Part shown: piece after piece, positions 61,085 to 64,000 of the stretch
Layout: the number at the start of each line of letters is the position of its first letter
How positions within the stretch are numbered: position 1 is the stretch's first letter
Source: Candidatus Micrarchaeota archaeon
Lineage (GTDB): Archaea > Micrarchaeota > Micrarchaeia > Micrarchaeales > CABMGC01
Length of the DNA stretch: 64,000 bases
Reading direction: 5' to 3'
NCBI GenBank assembly: GCA_028867435.1
Contig: JAGWGI010000001.1
Coordinates: 19,996-83,995 of the forward strand
The notes under the pieces: model-generated
Databases searched by the model: none
What the model was told of the DNA's origin: nothing
What the model saw: only the letters and a program-made list of their open reading frames with translations
Position numbers and translations under genes: made by a program

Positions 61085-63772
61085 CTATGTCGGGGATCTG
61101 CTCAGCCCAAATGACTGCCACTCATTCTGCGCTGTCTGGGGAGAGGAGATCGCAGGACCGTTGTATGTTCCATAAAATGCTGTGAAGATCGCATTTGAGG
61201 TGACCCCGGTATTCTGATAGCCGCTATAGTCGTTTATGTTGCCATTGAGCGGCCACCATCCTGATGCGCCAATGGGCAGCGGGATCCCGTTTATTCCCTC
61301 GCGGTATAGCTGCATGATCTGGTTTGAGGTCAGGCTCTGATTGTAGAATTGCACATTGGCTATCTGACCGGTAAGGTATGCATTGACACCTGTGGGTTTT
61401 GCACCAACTAGAGATGTGGTCCAGTAGTCTAAGGTCGTTGAAGGGGAGTACTGGCCTGTGCCGCTTGCAACCATGTTTCCATTGACATAGAAATTCTCTA
61501 TCCCGCTGCCCGACGGGTTGTAGGTTATTGCAAGGTGGTACCAGCCTGCGCTTGGCACAGTATAGCTAAGGGGATTGTTCCCATTAACTGTCCAAATCCA
61601 TCCGAAAACTGTAAGTCCGCCTTCGCTCAGAAAAGGCATATCCCAGCCACCGTTTGGCGGAACGTTTGTTATTCCAAGTGACGGACCGTTATTGGTTGAG
61701 GATACATAAGTCCACTCGGAAGCGGTTAACTGGTTGTTGTTGCCGAAGTACTTGCCTACTGGCGCATACATGTACTGATTCGTGAGACCAGTGAGAGTGG
61801 CTACCTGCTGGTATCCTGTTGTCAGCTCCAGGGGCATGTAGCCAAGGTAGAGGTGCGGCAGGGACTGACTTGCGCACTGGGAGGAGGTGCTGCACGAGAG
61901 AAGCCCGGGTATGGAGGATAGTTGCGTGGTACTTGTTCCAGGCAGTATGGAATCGTGCACGTAGTTTGCCGGCAGGGAGTATGCAACATTTGTCGGCACG
62001 CCATTATTTGAGTTGCCGCTGTAGTCGTTGGCGTTGCCGCTTAGCGGCCACCAAGCTAAGAGGTTACTTGTTGGTATCGGAAGCCCGCTTATCCCTTCTT
62101 GATATAGTTGTGAAACTTGGCTTGCTTTTAGTACTTGGCCGTATATCTGTACCCCACCCATTTGGCCATTGAAATTATTACCAACTCCTTGGGTATCCCC
62201 TATGTTGAAATTCTGATTTGTAACAATAGATGCGGATAGGGTATCGGATACTGTGGTTGTGGTTGCGATTTGCCCATCTATATACAGTTTTATTCCGCTG
62301 GCTTTACTTGAGCCATCATATGTTGCAACAAGGTGATGCCATTTGCCATCGTTTGTAACTTGGTTAGCACGGACCATCACGTAATTACTTGGATAGGTAT
62401 TGAGTAGAGTAAGGTCAACTACACCTGAAGATTCTATCTCTAATTGCCATCCTTGATCTGTTCCGCCCCAAGTATCTTTTCCGAGTATCGCTGCGTTGAT
62501 ACCACTTGTAGAAAACCATACAGATATGCTGAAAGGATTTGTTCTTTCAAAATTTAGAAGGCTTGGATTTGTAACTGTTAGGAAGGAACCAGATCCTGTG
62601 AAGCTCGCTGCTTGGGCATTGTAATTAGACAGTGTGAATATCCCGTTAGGGCTCTGGTTGAGTAGCGAGCTCTTGGCGCGGTCAAGATACGAGGGCGCAA
62701 ATGGAGACCCAATATAGTAGCTGTTCGACGCTGTGTTTATCAGGTTCTGTATGTTCATTGCCGAGAGCTGCGGACCGTATAGCAGCACCTGCTCACCGTT
62801 CTGCAGGTTGTTTAGGAAACTTGTGCTGGTTGGATACTGCAGCCACGGCACTGTTGGAGGGGATGTCAGGCTGTTGACTGCATATGTTATTACGCCGCCG
62901 TACTGATTTGCGCAGTTGTATCCTGAGCCGCCTGTGATGAACTGCGCGTTCGCGGTGACAAGTATCAGGGTATTGCTATATGGCGCAGAGGTGAATCCTG
63001 ATGGTAGGTCTGCAGATAGGGCAGAGCAGAGCACGTTTGCTGGCAGGTTGTACACTGGGCCGTATACAGAGCCTATGGTATTTCCATTTGTAGCGTTTAT
63101 TGCGCCTATCTGGTAGGTTATGTTGCTTAGTGAACCGAACACTACCTTCCTTGCAATGCCTTGCTGGTAGTAGAAGAGGTCTGGGGTGTTGTTTAGGGAG
63201 ATTGTGGCGTTTACAGGGATGCTATACACGCTAATTCCACTTGTGGAGTTTATCCTTATGTTCTGTGTGTATGAAACTGAGAGGGTGTATGGGCTGGACT
63301 GGAAAACTTGCGGCACTGTCTGGTTCAATTTTACTGAGATTATTCCGCTCAGCAGGGAGTTTGTGGTAGAGGCGTTGTATCTTGTAAGGGTGAGGTTGCC
63401 CATGCTTCTTAGAAGGTAGTTTGCGGGGATCGAGTTTGCCGCAACGTTTGGCAGGGTGCCATTTGCAATCAGATATGAGAGGTACTGGGAGGTGTTGTTC
63501 ACAAGGTTGCCCTTTCTCATCGATGCATTAAGCTCATAGTTTGCAAGGGTTGAAAGCGCGCTCTGCAGGCTGGCATTTGCAAATGAGTAGGCGCCAGTTG
63601 TCAGGGTCTGCCCATAGTTTGCAGAGGCGCTGCTAACAGCCACCTGTTGGTCAAAAGAGTTGAAGCCGATGTTTAGAATGGCAAATGAGAAGAGCTCTGC
63701 TAGCATGAGCATGAACAGCACCATTATCAGCACCGTCATGAGCAATCCTTTTTTCCCGCCAATTAGTGCCAT
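61085..63772 (-). CDS. Pilin-like (class III signal) surface protein with LamG/concanavalin-like domains
   Basis: N-terminus MALIGGKKGLLMTVLIMVLFMLMLAELFSF (KKG plus hydrophobic helix). LamG-type core FSISVWF...GWQLEI...KWHHLVATYDG...IKLYIDG. The Laminin_G_3-type start motifs LLAWWPLSGNANDYSGNSNNG and SGWWPLNGNINDYSGYQNTG. Confidence 0.7.
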   Translation of the reverse strand: MALIGGKKGLLMTVLIMVLFMLMLAELFSFAILNIGFNSFDQQVAVSSASANYGQTLTTGAYSFANASLQSALSTLANYELNASMRKGNLVNNTSQYLSYLIANGTLPNVAANSIPANYLLRSMGNLTLTRYNASTTNSLLSGIISVKLNQTVPQVFQSSPYTLSVSYTQNIRINSTSGISVYSIPVNATISLNNTPDLFYYQQGIARKVVFGSLSNITYQIGAINATNGNTIGSVYGPVYNLPANVLCSALSADLPSGFTSAPYSNTLILVTANAQFITGGSGYNCANQYGGVITYAVNSLTSPPTVPWLQYPTSTSFLNNLQNGEQVLLYGPQLSAMNIQNLINTASNSYYIGSPFAPSYLDRAKSSLLNQSPNGIFTLSNYNAQAASFTGSGSFLTVTNPSLLNFERTNPFSISVWFSTSGINAAILGKDTWGGTDQGWQLEIESSGVVDLTLLNTYPSNYVMVRANQVTNDGKWHHLVATYDGSSKASGIKLYIDGQIATTTTVSDTLSASIVTNQNFNIGDTQGVGNNFNGQMGGVQIYGQVLKASQVSQLYQEGISGLPIPTSNLLAWWPLSGNANDYSGNSNNGVPTNVAYSLPANYVHDSILPGTSTTQLSSIPGLLSCSTSSQCASQSLPHLYLGYMPLELTTGYQQVATLTGLTNQYMYAPVGKYFGNNNQLTASEWTYVSSTNNGPSLGITNVPPNGGWDMPFLSEGGLTVFGWIWTVNGNNPLSYTVPSAGWYHLAITYNPSGSGIENFYVNGNMVASGTGQYSPSTTLDYWTTSLVGAKPTGVNAYLTGQIANVQFYNQSLTSNQIMQLYREGINGIPLPIGASGWWPLNGNINDYSGYQNTGVTSNAIFTAFYGTYNGPAISSPQTAQNEWQSFGLSRSPT

Positions 63773-64000
63773 GATATCACCCCTACGTTGTAGAGCCTGC
63801 TAAGCCCTGTGATTGAGTTTGTCACAGGTATTAGCTGCGTGGCCTTGCTGAGCTGGTACGAATTTGAGTATCCGATAGGCAGGTAGTTGCCTGCAGAGAA
63901 GAGCACATTCACAGGATACATGGTGTGTCCTGCGAGCCCGCTGTAGTCGTTGGTATCGCCTGCAAGAGGATACCATGCCTGCAGACCTGTGCCCTGCAGC
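63763..64000 (-). CDS. 3' end of a second LamG-motif surface protein (5' part beyond the window edge)
   Basis: My minus-strand translation is ...LQAWYPLAGDTNDYSGLAGHTMYPVNVLFSAGNYLPIGYSNSYQLSKATQLIPVTNSITGLSRLYNVGVISWH*. The stop (63765-63763) overlaps the start of 61085..63772 by 10 nt. Absent from the ORF track because it is truncated. Confidence 0.55.
   Translation of the reverse strand, partial: LQGTGLQAWYPLAGDTNDYSGLAGHTMYPVNVLFSAGNYLPIGYSNSYQLSKATQLIPVTNSITGLSRLYNVGVISWH

Overview
This is an archaeal chromosomal segment. Its informational genes are aIF2-gamma, S6e, L21e, Rpo4/F, Top6B, Pelota, KsgA/Dim1, CDC48 and a tRNA-Gln(CUG) with A1-U72. It carries an unusually heavy load of cell-surface and membrane-apparatus genes. 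The content (DGR-type reverse transcriptase, many pilin and adhesin genes, tightly packed overlapping genes, sequon-rich secreted proteins) fits a DPANN-like or wall-less lineage, but taxonomy cannot be fixed from the sequence alone.

The main item is one co-directional operon of about 18 kb and about 20 genes at 19.4-37.8 kb. In order it encodes:
- two VirB2/TrbC-like two-helix pilins;
- two large polytopic membrane proteins;
- six tandem paralogous polytopic membrane proteins sharing an LR-x(5-6)-GG-x-L motif (VirB6/TrbL/CedA-like by architecture only);
- two paralogous 2-TM plus soluble-domain proteins;
- a VirB4/TrbE/CedB-like ATPase;
- small accessory proteins;
- a 790-aa surface protein.

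I saw no relaxase, coupling protein or integrase. I read it as a chromosomal conjugative-pilus-type or Ced-like apparatus of a composition I do not recognise as described. All homology calls rest on motifs and architecture read by eye.

Other notable content:
- A separate type IV pilus-like locus at 55.4-64 kb, with a FlaI/PilB-type ATPase, split TadB/TadC-like platform proteins and LamG-domain pilin-like proteins.
- Three PKD-like repeat adhesin genes (1-1983 and 13.7-19.3 kb).
- An apparently N-terminally short DGR-type RT with no recognisable TR/VR, sitting next to a single-repeat (half) TBP.
- A perfect 45-bp tandem duplication of a divergent promoter.
- A three-gene RCK/2TM channel-like module whose pore proteins lack the TVGYG selectivity filter.
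- VapBC, and RelE and AbrB-type toxin-antitoxin genes.
- A disrupted small gene next to the tRNA.

No rRNA genes, CRISPR arrays, transposases or integrases were recognised.
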